A DNA stretch of 63,011 nucleotides, filler included, from Octopus bimaculoides (lineage: Eukaryota): the NCBI RefSeq assembly GCF_001194135.2. It is 9 parts of 7 records of this genome, joined end to end, with 100 filler letters (N's around TTAATTAATTAA, not from the genome) between each part and the next. Parts side by side here need not be neighbours in the genome. Positions count along the whole stretch, not along the records: positions 19,750 to 29,475 come from NC_069007.1; positions 29,576 to 45,075 come from NC_068989.1; 7 more parts are not named here. One strand, written 5' to 3'. Under the pieces are notes generated by a model. The model was not told the DNA's origin and searched no databases. It saw nothing but the letters and a program-made list of their open reading frames with translations. Positions 26,731-39,110 of this stretch are shown here, in pieces. The translations under genes were made by a program, and so were the position numbers. Positions within the stretch are counted from its first letter, which is position 1; the number at the start of each line of letters is the position of its first letter.

Positions 26731-26992
26731 AAAAAACTTCACCACAGTTTTCCCAGGTTCCACCAGTGGGGCATATGCCCCATGTTGGGAATCACTACTT
26801 TAGCATTTAAACCGGCCATATCCGGTCCAAGTATTCAACCTGCTTGTGTTCAAATCAACCAGATCCAGCATCTCACACCTACCCTACAATGTTATTCTAA
26901 AAATACAAAATCAGATCATCAAAACCTCGAAACCATGAGATAATGTATGATAATTCAAGAGAATGTGAATAAATAAGTATTACATTTGATAA

Positions 26993-27245
26993 GTGAAGGT
27001 GTATGGCTTAGTGGTTAGGGTGTTGGACTCATGATTGTAAGATTGTGGTTTCGATTCCTGGACCAGTCAATACATTGTGTTCTTGAGCAAAACACTTCAT
27101 TTCACATTGCTCCAGTCCACTCAACTGGCAAAAATAAGTAATCCTGCGATGGACTGGCATCCAGCCCAGATGGGGAATAGATACGTTACTGAAACTAGGA
27201 AATCAGCCTTTATAAGTCTATGACTCAAGAAGGAGCTTTACTTTA
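26993..27245 (+). mobile_element. tRNA-derived SINE family C
   Basis: A box TGGCTTAGTGG, B box GTTTCGATTCC, gtgttcttgagcaaaacacttcatttcac central domain. Confidence 0.8.
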
Positions 27246-27297
27246 CTTTTGATAGAGTAATCTGAATACCCAAGAGTTAAATATTCAAATACACCTT

Positions 27298-27443
27298 ATT
27301 TACATTATTCACATTTGATGGATATTTGTCCCCATCTTTTTTGTTGTTAACATATTTCGGCTGATATACCCTCCACCCTTCATCAAGTGTCTTGGGGAAA
27401 TTTCGAACCTGGGTTCTCATTCTTAAGATATATTTTTCGCTGT

Positions 27444-27490
<47 letters not shown>

Positions 27491-27680
27491 TAATAACAAC
27501 AACAACAACATCAACAACATCGAAAAATATCTTAGGAATGAGAACCCAGGTTCGAAATTTCCCCCAAGACACCTAGAGGGTATATCAGTCGAAACGTGTT
27601 AACAACTAAAAAGATGAGGACAAATATCCGTCAAATGTAAATAATGTACATAATTCTTCATCTCTTAAATATAGAACTGT
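27298..27680. mobile_element. Second copy of the hammerhead-tailed element as a fold-back around (AAT)n/(AAC)n
   Basis: 27298-27444 is the inverse of 27516-~27650; homologous to 2145-2590. Confidence 0.8.
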
Positions 27681-27879
27681 ATTAAATACACCTGGTTTAA
27701 CCTTATGAACAATGAGCACACTTTAGCGGGTTCGATTTCATTTGGCTATACCCATAGAAAACACAAAAATGGGTGCTCACACGCTTTGTGATTACGACTG
27801 AAAATAACTATGTTTCTGCTAACTAATGAACTGTATTCACAAAACCATTTGACTGCCTGATTTTACGACTTCCAGGAGT

Positions 27880-28030
27880 AATTTAAGCGCATCGCTCCCT
27901 GTGGAACGTAGGCCATCGATGACGTTTCTCCATGATTCTCAACCTTCACTTGTCAGGACTACTTCGTCACGAGGGAGGGGTATCTTCGTATGTTTCTCTA
28001 GGTCACGTTGGTTTTGAGGTGTCATCGATG
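27880..28030 (-). mobile_element. RTE-like LINE 3' end fragment
   Basis: Degenerate WR..IDGLRSTGS-type 3' terminus on the minus strand. Confidence 0.45.
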
Positions 28031-28049
28031 TTCCTGTAACTGCTGATTT

Positions 28050-28680
28050 CTAGACATGATTACGGGCCCTATGCAAACCTGCTTTTACCTTTGGAACGAG
28101 CTTGTACATATTAGTATGGTCTCTCAGCATTAAGGAGTTGCATTCTCTCTCCAAGAACACAAGTTCAGCCATACTTAGCCCTAGACGAGTTGGTATATAT
28201 TCCGTTGCTCCAATAAAGTATGAAGCTAAAAGTGTACCTTTGGGGACTGGATTTGCAAACTCCCTTTCAATGGTCCATAGATGTTCTCTTTCTCTTGTAC
28301 TATTCTCACAACATTCGTGTCTCAGAGGGCAGCTAATTTCCGCAAGAGAGCACATCTTTTCTTTGTGCTTCCTACACAACAATATCTGGCTGACTGTGTT
28401 TCAGCTTGATGGCTGTTTTAATCTTCAAGTTCCACCAGTATTCTTTTGAGCCATCGGTCTCCATATGGTCAGCTTCGTTTGAAGGTATTTTCTTTTTTAA
28501 TTAACCTGTTCCAGACCGTTTTGGTCACTGCATTATGTCTCATGGGAAGTCAATATCTGGAAGACATTCTCTCAGAGCTGGCAATAATGTGGTTGATGTC
28601 CTCAGTCTTGGTCTTGCAAAGCCTACATTTCTTGTCTCTCATTGTTCTCTGCCTTTTATGCTGTAGACACTTGGTAGGAA
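28050..28680 (-). mobile_element. R4/Dong-type (restriction-like endonuclease) non-LTR retrotransposon 3' fragment
   Basis: CRLCKTKTEDINHII...RHNAV zinc knuckle; QPDIVV...EISCP..EKENIYGPL; FIGATEYIP. Confidence 0.8.
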
Positions 28681-28739
28681 TCATGTATGTGTGTATGTAT
28701 GTATGTATGTATGTATGTATGTATGTATGTATGTATGTA

Positions 28740-29220
28740 CCGCAAAGGCTGTCTCAGGATAATCTTCAGTTATTCACTAAAAGACAGAGTATCTAATGTC
28801 GACCTGTTTAGCAAGTGTAAGATTGGTGGAATCAAGAGCTTCCTTATGCAGTCGCAACTGTGCTGCGCTGGCCGTGTCGCCAGAATGAGTGATGAAAGAA
28901 TACCCAAAGTCCTGATGCACAACCATATTGGTCGACCAAGGCTCAGATTTAAGGACAAGCTAAAGAGTAACCTCTGAGCAGTCAATATAGCTCAAAACAC
29001 AGCCGTGGAACGAACAAAATGGAAATCGTCATGTCAAAATGGTATAAAGGACTTTGCTTCAACCAGCATTAACAGAGTTAAGGGTGCAAGGCAAAGGAGA
29101 AAACTGGCTGCAGATATACCGCTTGCGCTAACTCTTAATCTTCATACTTGTAATATTTGCAGGCTTCTTTGCTAATCATTGGCGGGACTCAACAAAAATC
29201 ACATTCGACATCAGCATTAT
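28740..29220 (+). mobile_element. RTE (BovB-like) LINE 3' fragment
   Basis: IKSFLMQSQLCCAGRVARMSDERIPK...GRPRLRFKDKLKSNL. Confidence 0.85.
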
Positions 29221-29670
29221 GACTGACAAAGAAAGTGTAGGTTGTTGGATCCTCATACGTCGAAATCGACGGGAGAGTCCATCATGTATGTATAGTGGAG
29301 TCGTCGACGACTAAACTGGCGCCCCGCGAGTGAGGAGGGTTGCTAAAATCACAGTAGGACTAAAAACACAACCTGTCATAGAGATCAAGGGGATCTTTTT
29401 TAAAACGGGGGCCACATTTTTCATTAATGTTTTACGTAGTGTTTTTGGTACCGAAAGACTTTCAAACTTCGTATANNNNNNNNNNNNNNNNNNNNNNNNN
29501 NNNNNNNNNNNNNNNNNNNTTAATTAATTAANNNNNNNNNNNNNNNNNNNNNNNNNNNNNNNNNNNNNNNNNNNNCCTGTATCCATATATGCATGTATGT
29601 ATACATATAGATGTAGGTATGTACATATATGTATGGATATATGCATATATTTATATATTATTTAAGTTAT

Positions 29671-29711
<41 letters not shown>

Positions 29712-30354
29712 GAGAATATACAAATAATAACAACAGACGAGGACAGGTGGTGTAAATAACAAAAGTATATATTAGTATATATATATATATATATATATAT
29801 ATTCATGTATACATTTGCACATGCATGTAGATATGTGTGTTCTCTTCAACTTTTAAATATTTGAAAACTTCCTGTAAGGAAGGAGCTGGTTTCTAGCAAA
29901 AATACGAATTTCCATCATTGGAATGTAGATAACAAAAACTACGTCACATTCAGAACTTGAGAAAAGTTTTCCATATTTCTACTGACTATATGTGTAATGC
30001 GTGAGTTAGCTGGTCGATTTCTTATTCTGAAAGCCCTAGCTGTATGCATGTATCTATGCATGTATATATGCAGGTAAGTAGGTAAGATAGGTAGGTAGGT
30101 AGGTGGGTAGGTAGGTAGGTAGGTAGGTAGGTATGTATGTGGGTAGGTAGGTAGGTAGGTAGGTAGGTAGGTAGGTAGGCAGGCAGGCAGGCAGGCAAGT
30201 AGGCAGGCCGACAGACAGACAGACAGGCAAACATTGGATCTATCTACTCTATTGGGTTGGATAACGCTTCGTGAGTACAAAAATTCCCAATAGACATCAG
30301 TAATTTCGATTACTTCTTTTGTCTAAAATTCATGTTAATATGGAAGTTAATTTA

Positions 30355-30570
30355 AGGGCGGTGAGCAAGCAGAATCGTTAGCACGCCTGGCAAAATGTTT
30401 AGCGGCATTTCATCCGCCTTTACATTCTGTGTTCAAATTCCACCGAGGTCGACTTTGCCTTTCATCCTTTCGGCATCGATAAAATAAGTATCAGTTGAAC
30501 ACTGGGGTCGAGGTAATCGAATTAACCCCTCCCTCGAAATTGCTGACCTGGTGCCTAAATTTGAAACTAA
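30355..30570 (+). mobile_element. tRNA-derived SINE family A, near full length
   Basis: gggcggtgagcaagcagaatcgttagcacgcc...gttcaaattccaccgaggtcgactttgcctttcatcctttcgg. Confidence 0.85.
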
Positions 30571-30833
30571 TGGTTCTTTGAGTATTTCTTTCTTTCTTTT
30601 TTTCCTTTTTGCTTGAACACATATGCCGCTTTTTATCAAGCATGTTACAATAAAACAGAAAATTCATATCGATTTGTTATATTCATTAAATGCATTAGTA
30701 CAAATATATGTACAAATATATTTTGAATCTAATTTTACTGGATCCTAATGAAGTTGAGAAAGAAGTATAGTTAGTGTGATCGAAACTAGGACTCATCTTC
30801 CACACCTAATTGCATTTATTTCACATTCCTTAC

Positions 30834-30904
30834 TTCTCTGATAGTCTTGGGAGAGGTATGAACGTCTCTAATGATGAATTATAAAGCAATTGGCCTATAA
30901 CTAC
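30834..30904 (-). CDS. RGSL1-like: Candidate next coding exon of the RGSL1/RGS22-like gene (VVIGQLLYNSSLETFIPLPRLSE)
   Basis: Acceptor aatatttag, donor gtaagg, open in phase 0 matching the upstream CQP| exon; resembles VFGQ..Y...F...P after the conserved Pro. Confidence 0.5.
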
Positions 30905-33063
30905 CTAAATATTTTGACTAAATGTCTCTTCATCCGTCTTTATAACTGAATTAAACTAGGATTGAAATAAACGATTGATTTTTCAAAAGTTTAGAAAGAA
31001 TACATTTTTAGATTTGGAACTAAGTGTAAACATAAGGGGTTATAATAAGTTTCGGAATCTGGAATTCATTTATATTCACCTCCATTTGTCTTTAATAAAT
31101 ACTTAATATAAACTATATTACGTTCATTTAGTATTAAACAATTCATGTTCAGATTCATGTTCATATCATATGAATAGATATGAATATATCTATTCATATC
31201 TATAGATATGAACAGATATATTTATATCTATTAAATTTAAACATTCACAAAGAAAAGTTAGGAAGGCACAAGCATGCTGATCCATAGGAAAGCTTGACCT
31301 GCGAGAAAAGCAACAAAAGTCCCTACGATCTTAAGTAAGGTATGATAGAAGACGCAGTCTTACTTGACCTTAAAAGCAAATAAAGGTACGGCTGAAATAA
31401 TTATAAAGGTGTGTTTACTCGATCAAGACCTTGAGTGTAAACAAGCGAGATCTAGAATCGGTTATAATATAATATTTGCATTTGAGCAAACTATGTCAGT
31501 ATCTTCATAATACCCGAACAACAATAAATAATCATTTATATCGTTTACTAACTTATTGGGTACACGCAAACTGTAAGAAAATTACCCGCAGCATCTGGAA
31601 GCTTTTAACCGCTTCTGCAATACCTGCAGTCTAAAGATTTTTTAATACTACACAAATTGCAATACAACCTCATCTGTACATCACAATATATACAATGCAA
31701 TAGGCCACTTTACTGTCAATAAACAACACCACTGTATATCACACTTCACCAAACCATGATACAACAGTTTATACATCTAACTTCAACACAGTATAAAGTG
31801 ATATATACTTTTATCTTTACATCCTTACCGAACCGTACAACATACTGGGTCGTCATTACTAGCACCCTCCCTGAGCCGTTATTTGGTATATACACAATCA
31901 TATTTGCCTTATATGCATCACAAAATATATACGCAATACACTATATTATATGTAGTTTCTTACATAACGGTTTATAACCACATTATACACACCATGTACT
32001 ATCCAATATTCTGCAGTATATATACTATAATATATGATGTAAATTACAATACTCGAGAGTATAGAGGACATTTTCGGTGTATTTGAGGAGTGGAAGATGT
32101 GGTGGGATCTCTGTGTACGTTCCCAATGAAGCAATGTTGAAAGGAATAAATTATTCACTGAAATAGTGGCGTACGTATACACAACAATACACCGTTGTCC
32201 TCCACAATATATAGAACACAGCCCATCACAATATAAACACCGCAATACTACAGTATATACATCCCAGTATGATCATCATCACTCAAAGCTGAGACTTGTA
32301 CAGTGAAGTATTCGACTTTACCATACAAATCTAGCGGGCCACGAACAGTTTGTAGAACATTTTAACTTATTTTGTCTCCTTAAAAGTTCTTGTGCTCATT
32401 CATAGCGTAATGCATAAAATATTTGCTTCCTTTTAACCCATGTATACTGTATATTTTAGAAGAATGAAATGGAAGGTTGTATGATGTTGCAGTGTTTTCT
32501 CCTAGAAACAATTAATGAAATGAATGACTTCAAACAAGGAGTGGCATGTCGCAGTTCAGATTGCCAGCAGTAGTTTAGCTACTGCTCCACTATGCTCAAT
32601 CGCTTAAAGTAATTTTGTGAAATACGAATTGCTGCAAAAATATCATTTGTTGAAGACTTATGCATGTTTAATGGTCTGGATATCTTATCGGTGTAAATAT
32701 TTGAACACGCTCGAAAATTATTGAATTTTTTTATCTACATTTTAAAACTCTGCTTTTCTTCCAGGAACTTAGTGTAATTAGTGTCTTGGAAATCAACTCT
32801 AAACAAAACTATTGAGAAAATGTTTTGTTGTGTCAGCTCATGTGTCGAGCTTTTAAAGTTGGTGTGCTTTTGGACAGGAAACGTAGCTCTATTTCCCTTA
32901 CTTACCGTTATAAATAGATATCAAAACTTCAAAATATATTTGTTGTTCTCATGGTTAACTGAATTATGCAATGAGAATATATTCCAACAATTTTAAGCTT
33001 TTAGTATATAAAGATGGCATTAGCAAAAAAGACAAACTATTTTTATTTTTACACAAATTCTCA

Positions 33064-33069
33064 TTTATT
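33064..33069 (-). promoter_or_regulatory. Possible polyadenylation signal AATAAA of the PHM-like gene
   Basis: AATAAA on the minus strand ~80 nt after the stop; the motif is common in AT-rich DNA. Confidence 0.3.
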
Positions 33070-33148
33070 TCTTCGTGAAACTACTCACTATAGTCATTTC
33101 GTAAATTGTTTTTCATCTACCTTTTCCATGTTACTAAAAAAATGCATT

Positions 33149-33371
33149 CTAGTACCTATACGCAGTTTTCGTAACATTAAAAGGCGATAACAACTTTTTA
33201 TAGCCCTCTTTATCTGGAAGTGTTGATTCTTGTGGTAGACGTGCGAAAATGTTATACAAACTTGATTTCTGGGCGTCTCCAGGACAAACGACGTGTTTCT
33301 GTTTCTTGTAAGCATCGAATTTGATACCGTACAAGAAATACATGTCACACATTTCGTCCGAATGGCCGTTA
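33149..33371 (-). CDS. PHM-like: PHM-like last exon (NGHSDEMCDMYFLY...AYRY*), contains the CuM Met
   Basis: Acceptor ctattttag, phase 2 start, TAG at 33149-33151; matches PHM GTSSDEMCNLYIMYY...MFRTIPAEANIP. Confidence 0.9.
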
Positions 33372-35723
33372 CTAAAATAGAAAGTACAAATTATAAACGA
33401 CTGACAATAAATAATTATAGTAAAGATTAATTTCAAATTTTGGCACTAGGCCCGTAGTTCCGGGGAATGGGTGAGTTGATTACATTCGACCCCCTACTTA
33501 TTTTATCGACCCGAGAAGGATGAAAGGCAAAGTCGAACTCAATGGAATTTGAACTCAGTACGTAAAGACGGACGAAATGCCGCTAAGCATTTTCCCCGGC
33601 GTGCTAACGATTCTGCCAGCTTGCAGCCTTCAATTATGGTAAAGATTAAGAATTTTGTGTAATCTCAATATATATCTTATTTTCATGTTTCGCTTTAATA
33701 ATTGCTTATTTGCCGAGGTGGTTTTAATGCATTCCACTTAAATTTATATTCATATTCCATGAGAAAACGTACTTAAAAAGCTTGAAAAATGCCAAGATGG
33801 AAATTTCTATGTTCTTTAGTTTGCCCTTCAATGATCCAGAATTAAAACATGAATCACGTACCGATATTGACGTAATCAATTATACACTTCTCATAATCTA
33901 ATCGATTATACATGTTGTAGATTATGCTACTATATGGAATCTATGTCGTCAATAATGATATCATTACTGGATTAAATGTATTACAGTTAATGCGATAATG
34001 ATTATAACATATATGATCTGGTACTGATCATATATGTCTAATTATCTAATAAATGAATAATATTTCTGTTTTAATTGTAGTACTAAACAAATTAATGAAA
34101 ACAAAGGTATTTCAGTTAACTTGTTCAGTGAATGTCTGCTACACATGATGATATTCATAGTTTCTCCTACAGCAATTGTTAACTCGATTAACATCATTTT
34201 ATCATCATTTTATCATCATTTTATCAATAAAAATTGAATAAATGCAGCTGCCTAGCAGCAAACAAGTGAAGGTATCGGAACGATGCTTTCACTATTCATG
34301 ACTGCGTGGTTTGCAATCCCGCCTCTCACTTAAGTCATTAGCAAAAGATTTGTTGATTTAGTCACATGATGATAAGTAAATTCTTTCACAAATGTCAGCT
34401 TCTGGATATGATTCAAAACGAATGTAGTTAAAATTTAAAAATAAAATAAGCTACAATAATATAGTTAGAAAGTTTTAACAAAATTTAACACAATATAGCA
34501 ACAATATACTAAATTTTACATAATCCAAAGATTATTATAATCCAGTTTCATTCATGGGTGAGTGGATAATTCGCCACCATTCTGTCTCAGAGGGTCGTCC
34601 ATTACCATGATTCACCTTTGTTTGAGATATTTTATTAGCATTGTATTTCTATTAGATTCTTTAGACTGTAACCGCACTAAAATAATTACATTCATTAACC
34701 ATAAGGTACCACTTTTTGGTGAATAGCTCTAAGTTGTTCCAATCTGCATTGTATGTTAGAACTCTGGCAGATTTATACACCATATCCAGCATTTAGTTAA
34801 CTGGAAAAACGAAAACCAATACCTTATATAACTTACTTCAATTGTCAATTCGTAATATTTCAAATTATAATAAAGAAAAATAAATGCGCCCTTTTAAAAC
34901 CTATCCAGGATCATGGGCTCGGTTTCCCGGTTTCAATGGCGTATGTGTTCCCCGGCTGGACGGGACACCAGTCTATCGCAGCGTTACTCATTTTTGCCAG
35001 CTGAGTGGACTGGAGCAACGTGAAATGAAGTGTTTTGCTCAAGAACACTATGCGTCGCCCGGTTCAGGAATCGAAACCACAATCTTACGATCATGATGCT
35101 GACACCCTAACCATCAAGCCACGCGCCTCCACATTTCAAATTATAGTATTATCAAAATCCTGTAACAATAAACAGGTTATTGTTCCAACAGTTAGATTTT
35201 ATATAGTGTTATGTGGGATACTTACCCAAAATTAACATCCCATCTATTCGGGTTGGTTAATGTACAGCGCATTATCTGCAATAAATGATAATTATGCGTT
35301 AGATATTTTGAAGTTCATAAATAATAGTTTTCTCTGAAAAAACAACGCATTATGATAGAGATAATACTTGAATTTCTATGCTCATATTTCGTGTTCACTT
35401 TTTGGCAATATACAAGTGTACAGTAATCCCTCGACTATTGCGGGTGTTACGTTCCAAAATCCACCGCGATAGGTGAAAATCTGCGAAGTAGAAACAGTAC
35501 TGTATATTTTTTATTAGTATTATTTTTATAATTTGCATATATTTATCTTATTATAAATACAAAACAACACCACGAAGTAATTAACGTAAGCTTCAATAAT
35601 AAACCGCGATAGGTGAACCATGATATGGGGAGGGATTACTGTATATGTACATACATGCATGCATACATACATGTGTGTGTGTATATATATATATATACAT
35701 GTATACATACACACATATATATA

Positions 35724-35782
<59 letters not shown>

Positions 35783-36034
35783 TTGCGTATGTGTATGATG
35801 TGGATTCTGTGAAAGGTGTGAATGGTTAAACGTTTATGCATAGATTTTTTCTGGGGTTAGTTCTTTGCGTTGGTGTGGTTGCGCGCGCCTTGGAAGAGGC
35901 TGGCCATATTACAAGTTTATGACTCTTCATCTTTCATTCTAATAACGCAAGAGAATAAATGATTTATCAAGCAATGTACTATAATTCACACACATATATG
36001 CAAAGCACATAAACGTACACGCGCACGCGCACGC

Positions 36035-36087
<53 letters not shown>

Positions 36088-37261
36088 CGCAAAGCATGAG
36101 GACATTTATGCAATCTATTTATCATCTATCTTTCTAACTAGCTGCATAGATGTGTATGTATACATATATCTATACGATTTACTGAAATTTTGTGATTGAA
36201 ATAAATAAAACTAAATAGAAAATTAAAATTAGAATTGGAGATATAAAGACTCCCTTGTTGATTCGAGATTATTGTACAAGGATAGTATAAGCCATTCAAT
36301 AATCATTAATATATTTCTGCTACTTATGGCGGCGAGCAGGCAGAATCGTTAGCACGCTGGAAAAATGCTTAGCAGCATTTCGTCCGTTTTTACGATCATA
36401 TTTCACCGAGGTCGACACTGCCCATCATCCTTTCGGGGTCGTTAAAATAAGTATCAGTTGAGCACTGAAGTGGATGCATATAGTGTTATTTCATAATCTG
36501 AAATAACACCAATACCTTCAAACAAGAGGAGGACATATTAAATAACTGGATAAGCTTAAAGAATTGAATGGTCAAGACTAAAATTGCCATTTTATCATTA
36601 AGCTTTATTAGTCATGGCTCATCAAGTGTTAAACAGCAAAAACAATTGCAAAAGGAAGAAAATTTTAGCCAACCAGTTGTGATTTAACTGAGATAAGAAC
36701 AAAATGGGATAAAAGACAATCATTTCTCTAAGTAACAAATCAACTTTGCGGCATTTTTCAGACTTCATTGTCGTGATTGAACAGGGAAGGACATAACTCA
36801 CTAAAAATTGATGGACTGCTTTAATATTAGAAATATAAAAAAAAATTATATCGAAATATTAGCAGAAGAATACTTTTACAGCTCCTATGCAATGTCTGGT
36901 GAAACCGCAGTTGCTACAAAGAAAGTATATCTAAACACTGACTGTCTGCTGTTATTTTTAAATTATTTACTTCAACAGGAAGACAAACATAACTGATTGC
37001 TTACCAAAATATCGGTGCTTTGTAATGTTATATTCCGAGAAGAAATGTCGATCGTTACCTAGAAAGTAAATGTAAAGTAAAACATATAGCAAATATGATT
37101 CAGGATAGATGGACGATTAGTTCTATGTGTGTAAATATATACATACATACATACATACATACACATTTTAAAATATTAAAAGTGAGAGAAGTCATGCTTC
37201 TTCATTCATATTCGAACACGCTTCTAATCTGTTGCTCGGCCGATAGCGGCAAAGATATATA

Positions 37262-37301
<40 letters not shown>

Positions 37302-37728
37302 NNNNNNNNNNNNNNNNNNNNNNNNNNNNNNNNNNNNNNNNNNNNNNNNNNNNNNNNNNNNNNNNNNNNNNNNNNNNNNNNNNNNNNNNNNNNNNNNNNN
37401 NNNNNNNNNNNNNNNNNNNNNNNNNNNNNNNNNNNNNNNNNNNNNNNNNNNNNNNNNNNNNNNNNNNNNNNNNNNNNNNNNNNNNNNNNNNNNNNNNNNN
37501 TTATTGAATGTGTTACCTAGAATTCAATAACACTATAAAAAGAGACAGCCTCCCAAGGTGAAATCAAAATTTTAAAACCCTACTAGACTAGGTGAAAGCG
37601 CTAATTTACAAAACATGTGACATATGAATAAAAATCTGTAAATATACAACCATCCAGACATCTGAGTACCTGATTATCATTTTTTCGAATATATAACTCC
37701 TGTACATCACCTCCAAACATTCCAATAT

Positions 37729-37795
<67 letters not shown>

Positions 37796-39075
37796 TAGTT
37801 TAAAAAACCAAACTCCATGCGAGTTGAATGGCCGTTGTTTTTAAATAAAACAAGGGCATTTTTAACTGCTCTTCTCCCAATTCTACAGAATGAAACGCCT
37901 TTGTCAGATCAATAAAAACTTAATATAAATCCAGATCTTCATATCTTGTTCGATGCACGTTCCTTGTAGCCATCTAGCTGAAAATATCATATTCCTAGTA
38001 CTCTTATCGCCTCTAAACCCTCATTGTAATTCTGGTAAAACCTCATTACCAATGTGCAGATGCAATCCACCCAGTATTAACCTACAAAGTATGTTTCCAG
38101 TCACAGCTAACAGACAGATGCCACGAAAACTATCGCAGACATTCTTTCCGCCTTTCGATTTATAGAGTATCTCCATAATCGCATCACGCCAATCCTGAGG
38201 GACCACTTCGCTGTGCCAAATCCTCTGAATCACGCCTGTCAACATTGTACAGAGGTATTCACCACCATATTTATATATTTCTGCACCTAACCCAAACATA
38301 CCAGGGGCTTTTCCATTGTTCAATTTCACGATAGCCGCTTTTATTTCAGCCAGGTTTAGAACCTCGACTAAAAAAGGTTTTGTTGGTCTTTCTGGTATAT
38401 TATCAAGAACAAAGAGGTTAACTTCGGCGGGTCTATTGAGTAACTCATCAAAGTGCTCTTTCCATCTCCCAACAAGTGAAGCAACCGTTGATGAAGTTAA
38501 ACTATAAACTTTTTCAAGAGAGAAAGTAAAAAAGTTCTGAATTGTTAGCGTTTGAAGTTTCTACACCACAAATTTTACATACATACATGCAAACATACAT
38601 ACATGCAAACATACATACATGCAAACATACATACATGCAAACATACATACATACATATACATACATATATACATGCTACATGCATCTCTCTTTCCTTTCC
38701 CGAGTGTCTAGTAACACTATCCGTATCACGTCCTCACGTTGTTGTTTTTTGTTATTGTTTTTTGTCTTTTTTTTAACTTATATATATAATCCTTTATATA
38801 TTTAATCCTTTATACTGAACACTCAATATTTCATATATTCAATAAGACATATTCCATATATTCAATAAGACATTCAATACTTCATTTCATTGTACCATCC
38901 ATTTTTATATTATATATTGTATATTCCATATTCTATATCCCACATTAATTTTACAAGAATATAAATAAAACATAAAAAAACAGACAGAGTTGGAACTCTT
39001 TTAAATAATATATATATTCCTCTATACACAATCATACAAAACCCCTTTTTTGTATTTATTTTTACTCACACACAC

Positions 39076-39110
<35 letters not shown>

